Part shown: piece after piece, positions 41,801 to 51,362 of the stretch | How positions within the stretch are numbered: the stretch's first letter is position 1 | How the letters are laid out: the number at the start of each line of letters is the position of its first letter | NCBI GenBank assembly: GCA_001029755.1 | Contig: CP011214.1 | Span: 365,767-429,766, forward strand | Source: Candidatus Woesebacteria bacterium GW2011_GWF1_31_35 | GTDB taxonomy: Bacteria > Patescibacteriota > Microgenomatia > UBA8517 | DNA length: 64,000 bases | Reading direction: 5' to 3' | Notes under the pieces: model-generated | Told to the model about the DNA's origin: nothing | What the model saw: the letters and a program-made list of their open reading frames with translations, nothing else | Databases searched by the model: none | Made by a program: the position numbers and the translations under genes

Positions 41801-44497
41801 TGATGCAGAAGCTGTGAACAAATCTCCGGCTTTTGTTGAATTTACTGTTAGTGCAGCTAAAGTGTTGTTTATAGTGTTATTTACTAACCATGACCCATTT
41901 ACCAATTGTTGATAAGAATTAGATGCATCTGGTGCATCTGTTAACATTATTGTTCCAGTACCTACAGAATTCAGTATGTCATTTCCCCCTAATTTTAAAT
42001 CTCCAGAAAGAAAAGTATTAGTTGCTGTTATTGCAATTGTTCCATCAGTATCATTATCAATTTTCTCTCCATATGCAAATGTAATGTCTCCACCTACTCC
42101 TGTTGAAAATGTTAATCCTGTTGTTCCTTGAACTACTAGGTTCTCAGCTAAGGTTAAACCACCTGAAGTGTTAAAATCAGTGTTAGCAGCACCAATATTT
42201 ATAATTGGGAAATTACCTGCATCCATGGCAGTTGTGACTGTTCCAGAAATTAATATACCTGTTGTTAATGTTCCACCTGCATCTGCAATATTAATACCAG
42301 TTGTTATATTACCTGCTGAGTTTGTAATGGTTAGTCCATTAGTCATGTTTGAATCTGCTGCAGAATCAATTTTTATTCCATTTGTAACAACAGTTGTTCC
42401 TGCAGTTGTTGTGTCTAATTGTTGAACTAGAATTAAATTTTCAGTAGCTACATCAGTAAATGATCCTGCTACTGCATTATTAACAACTAATCCATTTTGT
42501 GTTGTTGCTGATCCACCGTTATTGACTAAATTCATAGTCCAGGCATCTAAAGCAGCTGTTGGAGTCCAACCAAAGGTTGTTGCATTAGTTCCCATAGCTA
42601 GTGTTAATGCACCATCTGGAGTTGTTAATGCATTCCATTTCAAAGAGGATGCTACTATTGTTCCTGTTATTGTTCCATTACAAGCTAAGTTTCCGTTTGA
42701 GTTAGTTATTGTACATCCGGTTCCTCCAAAACCTCCTGCAAGATTAACATCACCCGTAGCTGTCCCATTTAGGTTTAGGGCATCTGCTCCTTTACTATCT
42801 ATTGATAGTGCTATATCAGTATCACCACCTGTTGCTGCTAGTATAACAACTCCACCTGTTGCTGCATTTGCTATAGTTAATTCATCTACAGCTGATGCTA
42901 CAGATGTAAATCTTAAAAATTCGTTACCATTAGTGTCTAGGATATCAGCACCTATTAATTTCAAATCACCAGCCATTGTGGTATTTCCTGCATAATCAAT
43001 CGAAAATTTTGAAGTAGGGGAAACACCTGACTGAAAATCAATAAAATTATATCCTGTCGCGGCTGATGCTACTGTTCCACCATACAAAGATCCTGATGTT
43101 ATATTGGCATTAGTTGCATTAATAAATCCATTTACAGCTCCACCTGCTGCTGCACCTTCAAAAGTAAGGTCTAGTGTACCAGTACCATCTGGATTGATAG
43201 TGATTGCACCATTTGTTGTATTTGCAGTTGAGATTGTCATTGCTTGGCCTGTAACAGCAAACGTTCCTGAAGTTGACTCAATTGTTGGTGAGGCTGCTGC
43301 TATTTGTAATTTACCAGTTGAATCAATGTATGGAATTGTTGAAGCCCCAGTTCCTGGAGGAAACCCTTGTAATGTCTCTGAGTTTAGAGCATATCCAACA
43401 GTTGCAATTCTAATTCTTGGAGTTGCCTCTGCATCTGCCCCAATTGTGATTCCTAACCAGACATCAGCATTTTCACTAAAAACTGTAGCTGCAATTGCTC
43501 CACCACAGGTAGATCCTAAAAGTGTGGAGAATATTCCATCTCCATCTGGAGTAATTGAACAAGTTGTAGAATCCCAAAGAGTGGTTCCAGCTGTATCAGC
43601 ATCATATAATTTAAAGACTAAATTTGTAGCTACAATTTTAGGATTACCGAGGTTGTCTGTAAGTCTACCTTGAAAAGATAAAAATCTATTTGGAGTTTCT
43701 AAAGCTGTTGGGTAGGCTGAAAGTTTACTGGCATTTTTAAATACTTGATCATAGATAGCATATCCTGAGATTGAAGTAATAAAAACCAATATGGCTATAT
43801 GAATGTAAGTTGCAACAGGGTATGAATGATATCTTTTGTACCAATTTGGTCTATTAAAGAATACTTTATGAAATACATCTTGTAGTCTTGGTTTTGAATC
43901 TAATTTATTTAAAATTAACTCTTGAATGAATCTATATGGAGAATTTTTAGGGATTTGATTTGTACTTACTGGAAAACTCTTGTTTTGAAACTCATAATAT
44001 TTCTTTAACGAGGCTGAATTTCTATCATAACTTCCCATAGGAAGGTTATTTAAATATTCTTTAGCTCCACCTTCAGTATCTTTCTTCCAAGCTAAAAACT
44101 TTCTAATATCTGAAAGATAATTCTTTCTGGTATTATTTGATACTTTTTGATTTATTAAGAACTTATCAAAATCCAATATTTTATTAGGTTCAACAACTTT
44201 CTTTACTCCGTTAACTGAAACATTACCGATTCCTGCCATGAAAGATTCACCAGTTGACTGAGAAAAACTTCTTAATGTTGATAGTCTTCTGTTAATTGTT
44301 TTTAAAGAAGATAAACCTAATTGAGAAGTAATATATTCTTTTACTAAACTTGAATCAATTATTCTTCCATTAGCCCAATTGAAAAAATTAGTAATATCTG
44401 ATTTGTAATACTTTAAAGAACTAGAAGAAACTCCGTGGGAGGAGAGATATTTTATAAAATCGTTTACTTTTTTACTAACTTCATTTAAATTTAACAT
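38819..44497 (-). CDS. Giant (1892 aa) surface protein: two N-terminal integrase-N-terminal-SAM-like domains, one TM helix, ~1600 aa of Gly/Thr/Ala-rich beta-helix-like repeats
   Basis: SSSLKYYKSDITNFFNWANGR...SLKTINRRLSTLRSF and NTRKNYLSDIRKFLAWKK resemble the XerC/D core-binding domain. TM helix YPVATYIHIAILVFITSISGYAIY. A long low-complexity repeat region follows. Confidence 0.65.
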   Translation of the reverse strand: MLNLNEVSKKVNDFIKYLSSHGVSSSSLKYYKSDITNFFNWANGRIIDSSLVKEYITSQLGLSSLKTINRRLSTLRSFSQSTGESFMAGIGNVSVNGVKKVVEPNKILDFDKFLINQKVSNNTRKNYLSDIRKFLAWKKDTEGGAKEYLNNLPMGSYDRNSASLKKYYEFQNKSFPVSTNQIPKNSPYRFIQELILNKLDSKPRLQDVFHKVFFNRPNWYKRYHSYPVATYIHIAILVFITSISGYAIYDQVFKNASKLSAYPTALETPNRFLSFQGRLTDNLGNPKIVATNLVFKLYDADTAGTTLWDSTTCSITPDGDGIFSTLLGSTCGGAIAATVFSENADVWLGITIGADAEATPRIRIATVGYALNSETLQGFPPGTGASTIPYIDSTGKLQIAAASPTIESTSGTFAVTGQAMTISTANTTNGAITINPDGTGTLDLTFEGAAAGGAVNGFINATNANITSGSLYGGTVASAATGYNFIDFQSGVSPTSKFSIDYAGNTTMAGDLKLIGADILDTNGNEFLRFTSVASAVDELTIANAATGGVVILAATGGDTDIALSIDSKGADALNLNGTATGDVNLAGGFGGTGCTITNSNGNLACNGTITGTIVASSLKWNALTTPDGALTLAMGTNATTFGWTPTAALDAWTMNLVNNGGSATTQNGLVVNNAVAGSFTDVATENLILVQQLDTTTAGTTVVTNGIKIDSAADSNMTNGLTITNSAGNITTGINIADAGGTLTTGILISGTVTTAMDAGNFPIINIGAANTDFNTSGGLTLAENLVVQGTTGLTFSTGVGGDITFAYGEKIDNDTDGTIAITATNTFLSGDLKLGGNDILNSVGTGTIMLTDAPDASNSYQQLVNGSWLVNNTINNTLAALTVNSTKAGDLFTASASGTPKFVITNTGNVGVGTTDPTSGNTNGKILEVATGASTNSVLVLSSSGASASNIGGIFEVRSTASAVGDTVLGQIGWSRVTDVSAGRISSQMDLYINKDGTLTDAMVIDKIGNVGIGVTNPSATLSVGTGSLFQVAGATGNITTAGDLSVNGDNIDADGTLAILGATGLTLQATTGTVTLDSIAASQIINVGASNVARTINMGTGTGIDTINIGTGATGVDVVTIGNAGTLALYSNDWDIDTTGDMTGIGAITMNGILTNSTAATNAIALTGAGAGITFSGATTTNQIITAATADLALMPGSGKVGIGTTSPTEILSLGNAASRKIWIEDTAAGTAGRALTIASGGTVDSGSNVNGGNMVIQAGLGTGTGLSDIFFQNGTTLGSGLGIQTMSTKMVIKGTGNVGIGDTTPTEATLVLGASGAGSIYLTLDTTGTTNNVVCWDASGATLLYDCDAGPFTDYAEIYPTKSDVDFGDIVMTSPEMTTTIYSKSDKDGNIVSTETRQISKLTKTTSTSDNPIGIVTQNWGDFTATGQNSIEEKDHPLPVALSGRLPVKISFNSNIINIGDPITPSNNPGRGTKATKAGKIVGTALENWDPDNPTDTILVFVANNYYDPDLAISNTGDITLSGNPIANYTVSTPTGITEKIGSFAEVVVANIKAGAIETTDFVSKNFVAFQATVDNLIIKNKIISPIVQTNLISPVSNTDLIIDLQPDNSQVASRLAIKGVDDLEVASIDASGNASFSGEIAANSLEVDSDATISGTLYADNIESSKLDQIEELLRSVDESQKILAESVNWNINTATASASIDKLVSSEIITNNFFVTGSAAITSLFVSDNLTTKSINSLDSALSVQSLALAPVEIMAGKIKIETNGDITFSGNVEIAGNLKLKGNIVVIADAPLTATDSAQIVPGEINTNATAGKAILTASTNEVKIINPKINNDTLIYVTPLSSTQNKVLYVKSKDIGYFTVGFLDTLDTDVEFNWWVIELQNNNN

Positions 44498-44952
44498 TTT
44501 CCGCGATTTATTTCCTAGTCTCAGATTATATTGATTATACTGATTATACTAATAATAATATACTGATAACACGTGTCAAGAGGCTATTTAGGCTTGAAAT
44601 TTTTATATTAATTATTGCTTTAATAAACGTATTTCACACAGCTTATAATATAATTTCCGCATACATTTTCTTCAATATATATATCAAAGTATATATTGTA
44701 ATCTTGATATAACAACAATAATATTTGTTATAGGTTCAAAATACCTGTGCGTAATATACTATCTGCGGGAATATGCGGGAATAATTAATAGTGTTAAATG
44801 GTTTAACTTAAATAGCGGAAATCTAAGGCCAGAGCTTTGAATTTGTTTAATGTTAATAATTATCTTTTAAATTCAGTTTTAGCAATTCTTCTTGGTAAGT
44901 GATAAATTAAATCCTTGTTGTTTTTGCCCTATATTATGAGTATATTTATCTA

Positions 44953-45396
44953 ATGGAAGCTAAAGGAGAAAAATCTAATAAATTAATAATATCTGTGTTT
45001 ATTATTACTTTTCTAGTAATTATTTTAATTGTTTTACTTTTCTTTATCAAGAACATAACTTCAGTTTTACCTAAGGCAAAAAATTTAAATTCCGCAGTTT
45101 CTGTTTCTTTTTCAAATTCATATATTTTTGCTTCACCTGTAAGAGCAAAAACTAATGGGGAAGGTATTAGAATTACTGTATTTTTATTGGACGACAATGG
45201 TTTAGGAATTTTTGATAAGAAAGTTATTCTTGGTAATTTAGATAGTCCTATTAAAGTAAAAGATATACAGAGCCTAACTGACGAAACAGGGAAAGCTATA
45301 TTTGATATAAGTTCCAGTTCAAGTGGTGTCTTTTTTATTGAAGCGATTGTTGACAGTAATAAATTACCACAAAGGGTCAAGGTTGTTTTTGATTAA
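44953..45396 (+). CDS. Small N-terminally anchored extracytoplasmic protein
   Basis: 147 aa, signal anchor, beta-rich. Confidence 0.4.
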   Translation: MEAKGEKSNKLIISVFIITFLVIILIVLLFFIKNITSVLPKAKNLNSAVSVSFSNSYIFASPVRAKTNGEGIRITVFLLDDNGLGIFDKKVILGNLDSPIKVKDIQSLTDETGKAIFDISSSSSGVFFIEAIVDSNKLPQRVKVVFD

Positions 45397-45401
45397 TAAT
45401 T

Positions 45402-46172
45402 ATGTTAATTACCACAACTCCTGATATTACTATTAGTGCAACTATAGGAAGTCCGAAGATGGTAATCTATGGATACGCACCCAGTAATTCAAATGTTTTT
45501 TTAAACAGTATCGGGGTATCTTCATATACCCAGGCTGATAATGATGGTTATTATCTTTTTGATGCAGTTTATACATATGATTTTAGTTATCCTGAAATTT
45601 GTGTTCAGGCAGTTGATGAAAAGAAAAGAACAACGCAGCCAACTTGTATTCCACCACTTCCAGCTGAAAAACTGATATATGAAGTTGGTCCCATATTTCT
45701 TTCTCCCACAATCTCTTTAAGTCAAAATAGTGTAGTGAAAAGCGAACAAGCCTATGTGGAGGGAAAGACGTCTCCAAACAAAGAAGTAAATATCTATATT
45801 GCCAAAAATGAAAACTTAAAAAGTTTTTCTTTAGTTGATGCTGTAAATGCTTATTATGTTCCAGTGTTTCAATCGAAATCTAATTCTAATGGCAATTTTG
45901 CTTTCAGTTTGCCCACATCTGATTATTCAAACTATAAAATATTTGTTTCTAGTCGTTTTGGAGATAATTTATCCGCCAAAAGCAATACTTTAACTTTTGT
46001 GGTGACCTCAAAGATAGAATCTTTTCTAGACAGGTTATTAGGATTTATTTTAAAGAACAAATTACTCTCAATAATTATATTGGAGATACTTATCGTCATT
46101 ATACTTATCTTTAAGCTCTTAAAATTGACTACAAGAGGGAAGAAAGATATTCAAAAACAACAAATGATTTGA
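45402..46172 (+). CDS. Secreted beta-rich protein with a C-terminal TM anchor. Its last ~190 bp are duplicated at 47523-47712.
   Basis: 256 aa, C-terminal LLSIIILEILIVIILIFKLLKLTTRGKK. Confidence 0.45.
   Translation: MLITTTPDITISATIGSPKMVIYGYAPSNSNVFLNSIGVSSYTQADNDGYYLFDAVYTYDFSYPEICVQAVDEKKRTTQPTCIPPLPAEKLIYEVGPIFLSPTISLSQNSVVKSEQAYVEGKTSPNKEVNIYIAKNENLKSFSLVDAVNAYYVPVFQSKSNSNGNFAFSLPTSDYSNYKIFVSSRFGDNLSAKSNTLTFVVTSKIESFLDRLLGFILKNKLLSIIILEILIVIILIFKLLKLTTRGKKDIQKQQMI
45957..46146 (+). repeat. Direct repeat copy 1 (~190 bp, ~90% identical to copy 2)
   Basis: Aligned by eye with 47523-47712: ...gaatcttttctagacaggttattaggatttattttaaagaacaaattactctcaataattatattggagatactt... Confidence 0.7.
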
Positions 46173-46256
46173 AAAATAATCTTAAAAAATTGGTTGAATA
46201 TGTATGCTAAACTTAAACTTGACTTATTAATTGGCGTGGTTATATAATAACTATAT

Positions 46257-47441
46257 ATGGAAAATGGCATAATTAAGAGGGATATCTTTGATAAACTTGA
46301 AAGTTTTTTGGGTACAAAAAATATAATTGTACTTCATGGTGCTAGGCAAGTTGGGAAAACTCATATTATGTACTTTATTGAAAAGTTTCTTCAAAAAAGG
46401 GGGGAAGAAACTCACTATATTGATCTTGAAGATTCACGATTTGTAGAGATACTAGACCGAGGTGTTGATTCATTTACTGCGTATCTTAAGGGTGAGGGAA
46501 TTAAAAACAAAGTAACGGTTTTTATAGATGAGATTCAATATCTTCAAGATCCGTCATCTTTTTTAAAATTGATTGTAGATCATCATCCTGAAATTCAACT
46601 TATTGTTTCAGGTTCTTCAAGTTTTAATATCAAATCAAAATTTTCCGATTCATTAGTCGGTAGAACTGTAAATTTTGAGATTTTTCCACTTTCCTTTTCT
46701 GAATTTTTAAGATTCAAAAAGATAAATACTTCAATGACTGACAAGTTACTTAGTTTGTACAATGAATATATGGCCTACGGAGGATACCCAAAAATTGTTT
46801 TAGATGATGATATAAAGCATAAAGAAATTTATTTACAGCAGATAATTGATACCTATATTAGGAAAGATATTTCAGATCTTGCCAATGTCAAAGATACTAA
46901 GAAATTCAATGACTTATTAAAAGTATTAGCATCATTTAGTGGGCAACTTTTAAAAGTGTCTGAGCTTTCAGATATTTGTGGTTTGGCCTTACAAACTATA
47001 AATAGTTATTTAGAGATATTGGAGGAAACATATATTATAAAGCTAGTTTCTCCGTTTTCAACAAGTGCCAAAGTAGAGATAGCTAAAACTCCTAAAATAT
47101 TTTTTTATGATACAGGAATACTCCAAATGCTTTGGTTTAAAAGGCTCCAAAATGGAAATGTTGGAAATATTTTTGAAACCAGTGTCTTTTCCGAACTCGT
47201 TAAAAAGTTTGGGATAGAAAATATTAACTATTGGAGAAATAAAAATATGAATGAAATTGATTTCATCTTAAATAAAAATAATGAAATACTGCCAATTGAG
47301 GTTAAAAGTAATTTTTCTCAGTTTAAAAAATCAAAAATAAATTCATTTTTAGAAAAATATAAAATTAAGGACTTTTATGTAATAGGATTATTAGGAGAAA
47401 AGAACAAAGAATATTACAAATACCCTTGGGAGATTATTTAA
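46257..47441 (+). CDS. AAA-family ATPase with a DUF4143 domain (second copy)
   Basis: Walker A LHGARQVGKTHIMY, Walker B FIDEIQ. Same architecture as 30188-31423. Confidence 0.7.
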   Translation: MENGIIKRDIFDKLESFLGTKNIIVLHGARQVGKTHIMYFIEKFLQKRGEETHYIDLEDSRFVEILDRGVDSFTAYLKGEGIKNKVTVFIDEIQYLQDPSSFLKLIVDHHPEIQLIVSGSSSFNIKSKFSDSLVGRTVNFEIFPLSFSEFLRFKKINTSMTDKLLSLYNEYMAYGGYPKIVLDDDIKHKEIYLQQIIDTYIRKDISDLANVKDTKKFNDLLKVLASFSGQLLKVSELSDICGLALQTINSYLEILEETYIIKLVSPFSTSAKVEIAKTPKIFFYDTGILQMLWFKRLQNGNVGNIFETSVFSELVKKFGIENINYWRNKNMNEIDFILNKNNEILPIEVKSNFSQFKKSKINSFLEKYKIKDFYVIGLLGEKNKEYYKYPWEII

Positions 47442-47522
47442 ACAATCTTAATTTTTTCCATCAAAATTATTTCATAAATGATGAAATAAAATAGTTTGCG
47501 AGTTAAAACAAAGTCTGATAAA

Positions 47523-47712
47523 AATGGTGATAATCTATCTTCCAAAAGTAATACATTAAACTTTGTAGTTACTTCAAAAACAGAATCTTTTCTAGATAGG
47601 CTACTAGGATTTATTTTAAAGAACAAATTATTCTCAATAATTATATTGGAGATACTTGTAGTCATTATTCTTATCTTTAAGCTCTTAAAATTGACTACAA
47701 AAGGCAAGAAAA
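47523..47712 (+). repeat. Direct repeat copy 2. It contains the remnant ORF 47496-47753, which encodes a copy of the C-terminus of gene 45402-46172.
   Basis: The ORF translation ...SKSNTLNFVVTSKTESFLDRLLGFILKNKLFSIIILEILVVIILIFKLLKLTTKGKK parallels the upstream gene's C-terminus. Confidence 0.7.
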
Positions 47713-47755
47713 GGCATACAGAAAGAGATTATCTAAAGTATATTACTTCTTAATT

Positions 47756-48793
47756 TTATTTTAATGTGTAATAGGTTGATCTTCCTTTACCTTTACGTTC
47801 GATTAGTTCTAAATCAAGCAGTTTTCGAAAGTCGATTGTGCGTGTTGCCTTGGCTCTATTTGTTAGTTTTGCGTAATTACGATCAGTGATAAAACCATTA
47901 TTTTTAATATAATCAACAATTTTTTTGTGAAATGGTTCAAGTTTGGCATTTGGTGTTTTTTCTAATTTAGGTAAAAGTTTTTGAACACGTAGGAGTTCGT
48001 CAATTAAACCGTCAGTAAAATATTCAAGCCAGGAGGTAAAATCGATAGAATCTTTTATCTCGTTGTAATCACCATATTCTCCAACTGTTTGAAAGTACTT
48101 AGTAATATTTTGATTGTAATAGTTTTCGAAACTAAATAAATTAAAAGTATTAAGTCCCATTTTAGCTAGTAGTATTTTTGTAGCTAGACGAGTAGTTCTA
48201 CCATTGCCATCCATGAATGGATGGATAATAACCATTTGTTTATGAAATATTCCTGCAATTATTAAAGGGTTAATTTTATTACTATTTTCATTTGTAAATT
48301 TAATTAAATCTTTGACAAGATTTTTAACTATTTCAAAATCAGGGGGCAGATATACTATTTTGCCTGTTCTTGGATCATTTACGATGACAGGTTTTAGTCG
48401 GATTTTTCCAGATTCATTGTTTGGAAGAAGATCTTTAGTGATTTGTATATGAATATCAAGTATAAACTTAAGTGTTAATTCAAGCTTTTTTGAACGAAGT
48501 AATTTATTAAAGTTTTCTAAAGCTACATTATAGTTAAGAACTTCTCTTTCACTGTCTCGAATGTTAACCGGTTTTGATTTTAGTATATTTTTAACTTCCG
48601 TAAGTGGCAATGGATTGCCTTCAATGCTGGTTGAAGAATATGAAGAAACTTCTTGTGCTTTTTTTTCAAATTCGACCAAGACGATTTTTGAAAACTGACG
48701 CTCATTTAAATCTCTAACAAGATTGTTAATTTTGGTGATATTACTTAAGAGCTGATCGGTGATAGAATATTTTGGAGTAAACATACTAGTCAA
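47756..48793 (-). CDS. Fic/DOC family protein (putative AMPylase)
   Basis: Canonical Fic motif HPFMDGNGRTTR. Confidence 0.85.
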   Translation of the reverse strand: MTSMFTPKYSITDQLLSNITKINNLVRDLNERQFSKIVLVEFEKKAQEVSSYSSTSIEGNPLPLTEVKNILKSKPVNIRDSEREVLNYNVALENFNKLLRSKKLELTLKFILDIHIQITKDLLPNNESGKIRLKPVIVNDPRTGKIVYLPPDFEIVKNLVKDLIKFTNENSNKINPLIIAGIFHKQMVIIHPFMDGNGRTTRLATKILLAKMGLNTFNLFSFENYYNQNITKYFQTVGEYGDYNEIKDSIDFTSWLEYFTDGLIDELLRVQKLLPKLEKTPNAKLEPFHKKIVDYIKNNGFITDRNYAKLTNRAKATRTIDFRKLLDLELIERKGKGRSTYYTLK

Positions 48794-48839
48794 ATAATAG
48801 CCGATTATTAGTCGATTGTCAAGTATTTAAGAGGGGACT

Positions 48840-49820
48840 TTACTTCTTAGGAAGATTGTCTTTGAATTTATCTTTTAATTCTTCAACTTCTGTAATTTCT
48901 TCTTCTAATTTCTCTTCAAGTTTGACCTGTTTTGATTTAAGTTTCTTATAGACTAAGACTATTAGAAGAGTGATAATTGCAATGAACAAAACAATTGCCA
49001 TGATCGGCCAAACTGGGATTACCCAAAGACTGGTATTTTCTAAAAGTACTTTTCCTGCTTCACCATAGTTTGCAGTTAAATCGATACTATACTTACCAAA
49101 CATCCAATTTTTACCCAATTCTGTTTTATAAAGTCTTTTAGCATCAGGGAATATGTTTTTAGTTTCTAAAATAGTTTCTCCAACATTTTTACCAAACCAA
49201 TTTCTAAGTACTAATTGTCCCTTAGGGGTTATATGGTAACCACCTTTATTTAATATCTCAAAAGTAACTGGTACTGGACCAAACTGCAAGAAAACTGGTA
49301 CTTTAAAGTTACTTATAAAAGCTGATTCAGTAACTGGACCATTTATTCTAATACTAACTAAACCAACAATTCTTGGAGAAACAGTTGATAGTTGCTCGTT
49401 AATAGTTGTTGCTTCTGGAAGTTGTCCTACTTGTTCAAAAATAATTGCAACATACCTTCCACCAGGAAGGGTGTCTTTAGGAACTGTAACTTTAAAATTA
49501 ACCTTTAATACGTCTCCACTTGCAATGGTTGCTTTCTCGTAAGGAAGTTTTACCCAAGTATTCTCCTCATTTTCAAGTAAAGTAGGGGAGCCATCATCAT
49601 TATTTACAATAAAATTAACAACTTTGATGTTGCCTGAAACTGGAACAATCGATTCATTGAAAAACTTAATTTGCATGTTTTCAGTTTTTCCTGCATCAAT
49701 TACTATAGTTTGTCTTGCAGGAGCAACTACTAAAGGAAGTCTATCTTGTGCCTTAACTTCAAATGCAATAAATACTCCCAAAATCAAAATTGTTATTGTT
49801 AGGGCAAGTTTATTTTTCAT
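48840..49820 (-). CDS. Secreted protein with a C-terminal TM anchor and charged coiled-coil tail (DUF916/DUF3324-like architecture)
   Basis: Signal peptide MKNKLALTITILILGVFIAFEVKA; C-terminal WVIPVWPIMAIVLFIAIITLLIVLVYKKLKSKQ. Confidence 0.4.
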   Translation of the reverse strand: MKNKLALTITILILGVFIAFEVKAQDRLPLVVAPARQTIVIDAGKTENMQIKFFNESIVPVSGNIKVVNFIVNNDDGSPTLLENEENTWVKLPYEKATIASGDVLKVNFKVTVPKDTLPGGRYVAIIFEQVGQLPEATTINEQLSTVSPRIVGLVSIRINGPVTESAFISNFKVPVFLQFGPVPVTFEILNKGGYHITPKGQLVLRNWFGKNVGETILETKNIFPDAKRLYKTELGKNWMFGKYSIDLTANYGEAGKVLLENTSLWVIPVWPIMAIVLFIAIITLLIVLVYKKLKSKQVKLEEKLEEEITEVEELKDKFKDNLPKK

Positions 49821-49825
49821 TTTAA

Positions 49826-51340
49826 TTAGAATATTGGAATTGCAGTGTATTTAACTTTATTATAATAATATCCAGCAGGTTGTGTAGCAGTAATATCAAT
49901 TCTATAACAAATATAAGCACTATCTGCATCAGCTGGAGTTGCTTTATACATTATCGATTGTCTTATTTCTGAAGCTGCAATGTCAGCAATTTGTTTGGTG
50001 TTAAAAGTATCACCACCTGTACCATCCCAATCAAACACCGCACTAGTTCCTGTCACATTTTGTAATGAATAACCTAGTCCCACATAGCTTGATGGATCAG
50101 CAGTCCAATCTTGTAAGGTTGATTCTGTACATTCGGGAGCGGTTTTACAAACAGTATCCTGAATACAATTTACAGATTCACCACCATTGCCTGCACAAGC
50201 TACTCCATCTTTGCCCATTTGATCATTTTCTTCAATATAGACATTGTATCCAGCTGAAGCATTAGTCGAAATAGTTATCTGTTGATTAGCATTATGAGCT
50301 TCTGTTGTGCTTCCATAGGTTGGTGAAAGAGTTCCCCAAGGAACAGATGTTGCTGTTGAATTAATAGAGTTGGAATCTCTTGTTATTCCACAGTATGATC
50401 CAGTATCGGCTGTAACTGCAGCAACTGTTAAAGAAAGTGTTTCATCAACTGTTGCTGAAATTAAGACACCCTCAACTGGTGCAATTGTGACATCCGATTG
50501 ATCCAAAGTATTAGTCGAGCCATCTCTTGTCTTAATATTAATTTGATATGCATCTGCCTGACCTTGTGTGTGGGTAGTTAATGGGGCGGGATTAATAACT
50601 CCAGGAGCATTATCAATTGTTACAGTGACAGCTTTGCTTGCTGCACAGGTTGCGGCTGCTCTTGTAAATAATATTGTATGATCAGTTGATGTACCATTTC
50701 CTGCTGTAACTGTTGCTGAACCCCAACCTGCAGAAGTACAAAGTGCAATATCCGATACTGTAACATCACCAGCTGCAATTGTACTAAAATCAAAACCATT
50801 GTTTGCTATAGAAGCTGCTGTATCTGGGATTCCATCACTAGCTCTTCCAGCTGTTCCCGGTTTGGCTGCAGGGATAGTTATTAAAAGAGTTCCACCGATA
50901 GGTACTTCTGTGGTTGTTGTAAAGGAAATTGCTAAAGATCCTGATTGTGTAGCTACTAAAAATCCATTCGCTTCTAAAGTAGCTGATAATGCTACAGTTG
51001 TGTTAAATGTAGTTCCACCTACAGCTACTATGTTAGCTACTGTATAATTTACATTTCCTACACATCCACCTTCTATTGAATTGGTGGCACAAATAGTGTC
51101 TTTAGGAAAAAGATGGTTAGTTGTGTTATCTGCATTTCCAGAAGCATCGATTGTCACAAGGGAAGCTCCGGAAGTTCCCGATGCAACACCTGCTCTATAT
51201 GAAAATCTTGAATTAGAAAGACTTGCTGATGCTGCTGTAAAGTTTGCTGAATGAGTTTTTTTGGAAGGAAGTATAAAACGGTATATTAATGCACCAAAGA
51301 CCAAAACTAAGGATAAAACAAGCACTTTTCTTTTAAACAT
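49826..51340 (-). CDS. Secreted Thr/Ser/Gly-rich beta protein ending in QPAGYYYNKVKYTAIPIF
   Basis: Signal peptide; C-terminal motif shared with 52283-53014. Confidence 0.45.
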   Translation of the reverse strand: MFKRKVLVLSLVLVFGALIYRFILPSKKTHSANFTAASASLSNSRFSYRAGVASGTSGASLVTIDASGNADNTTNHLFPKDTICATNSIEGGCVGNVNYTVANIVAVGGTTFNTTVALSATLEANGFLVATQSGSLAISFTTTTEVPIGGTLLITIPAAKPGTAGRASDGIPDTAASIANNGFDFSTIAAGDVTVSDIALCTSAGWGSATVTAGNGTSTDHTILFTRAAATCAASKAVTVTIDNAPGVINPAPLTTHTQGQADAYQINIKTRDGSTNTLDQSDVTIAPVEGVLISATVDETLSLTVAAVTADTGSYCGITRDSNSINSTATSVPWGTLSPTYGSTTEAHNANQQITISTNASAGYNVYIEENDQMGKDGVACAGNGGESVNCIQDTVCKTAPECTESTLQDWTADPSSYVGLGYSLQNVTGTSAVFDWDGTGGDTFNTKQIADIAASEIRQSIMYKATPADADSAYICYRIDITATQPAGYYYNKVKYTAIPIF

Positions 51341-51362
51341 ACCTATAAGATAATATGGGACT

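Noticed and set aside
39754-43673. Seven antisense/alternate-frame ORFs (66-203 aa) inside the giant surface-protein gene
   Set aside because: They lie fully inside the 1892-aa gene in a Gly/Thr/Ala-codon-biased repeat region. Long open frames there are expected by composition. They have no start context or independent signals.
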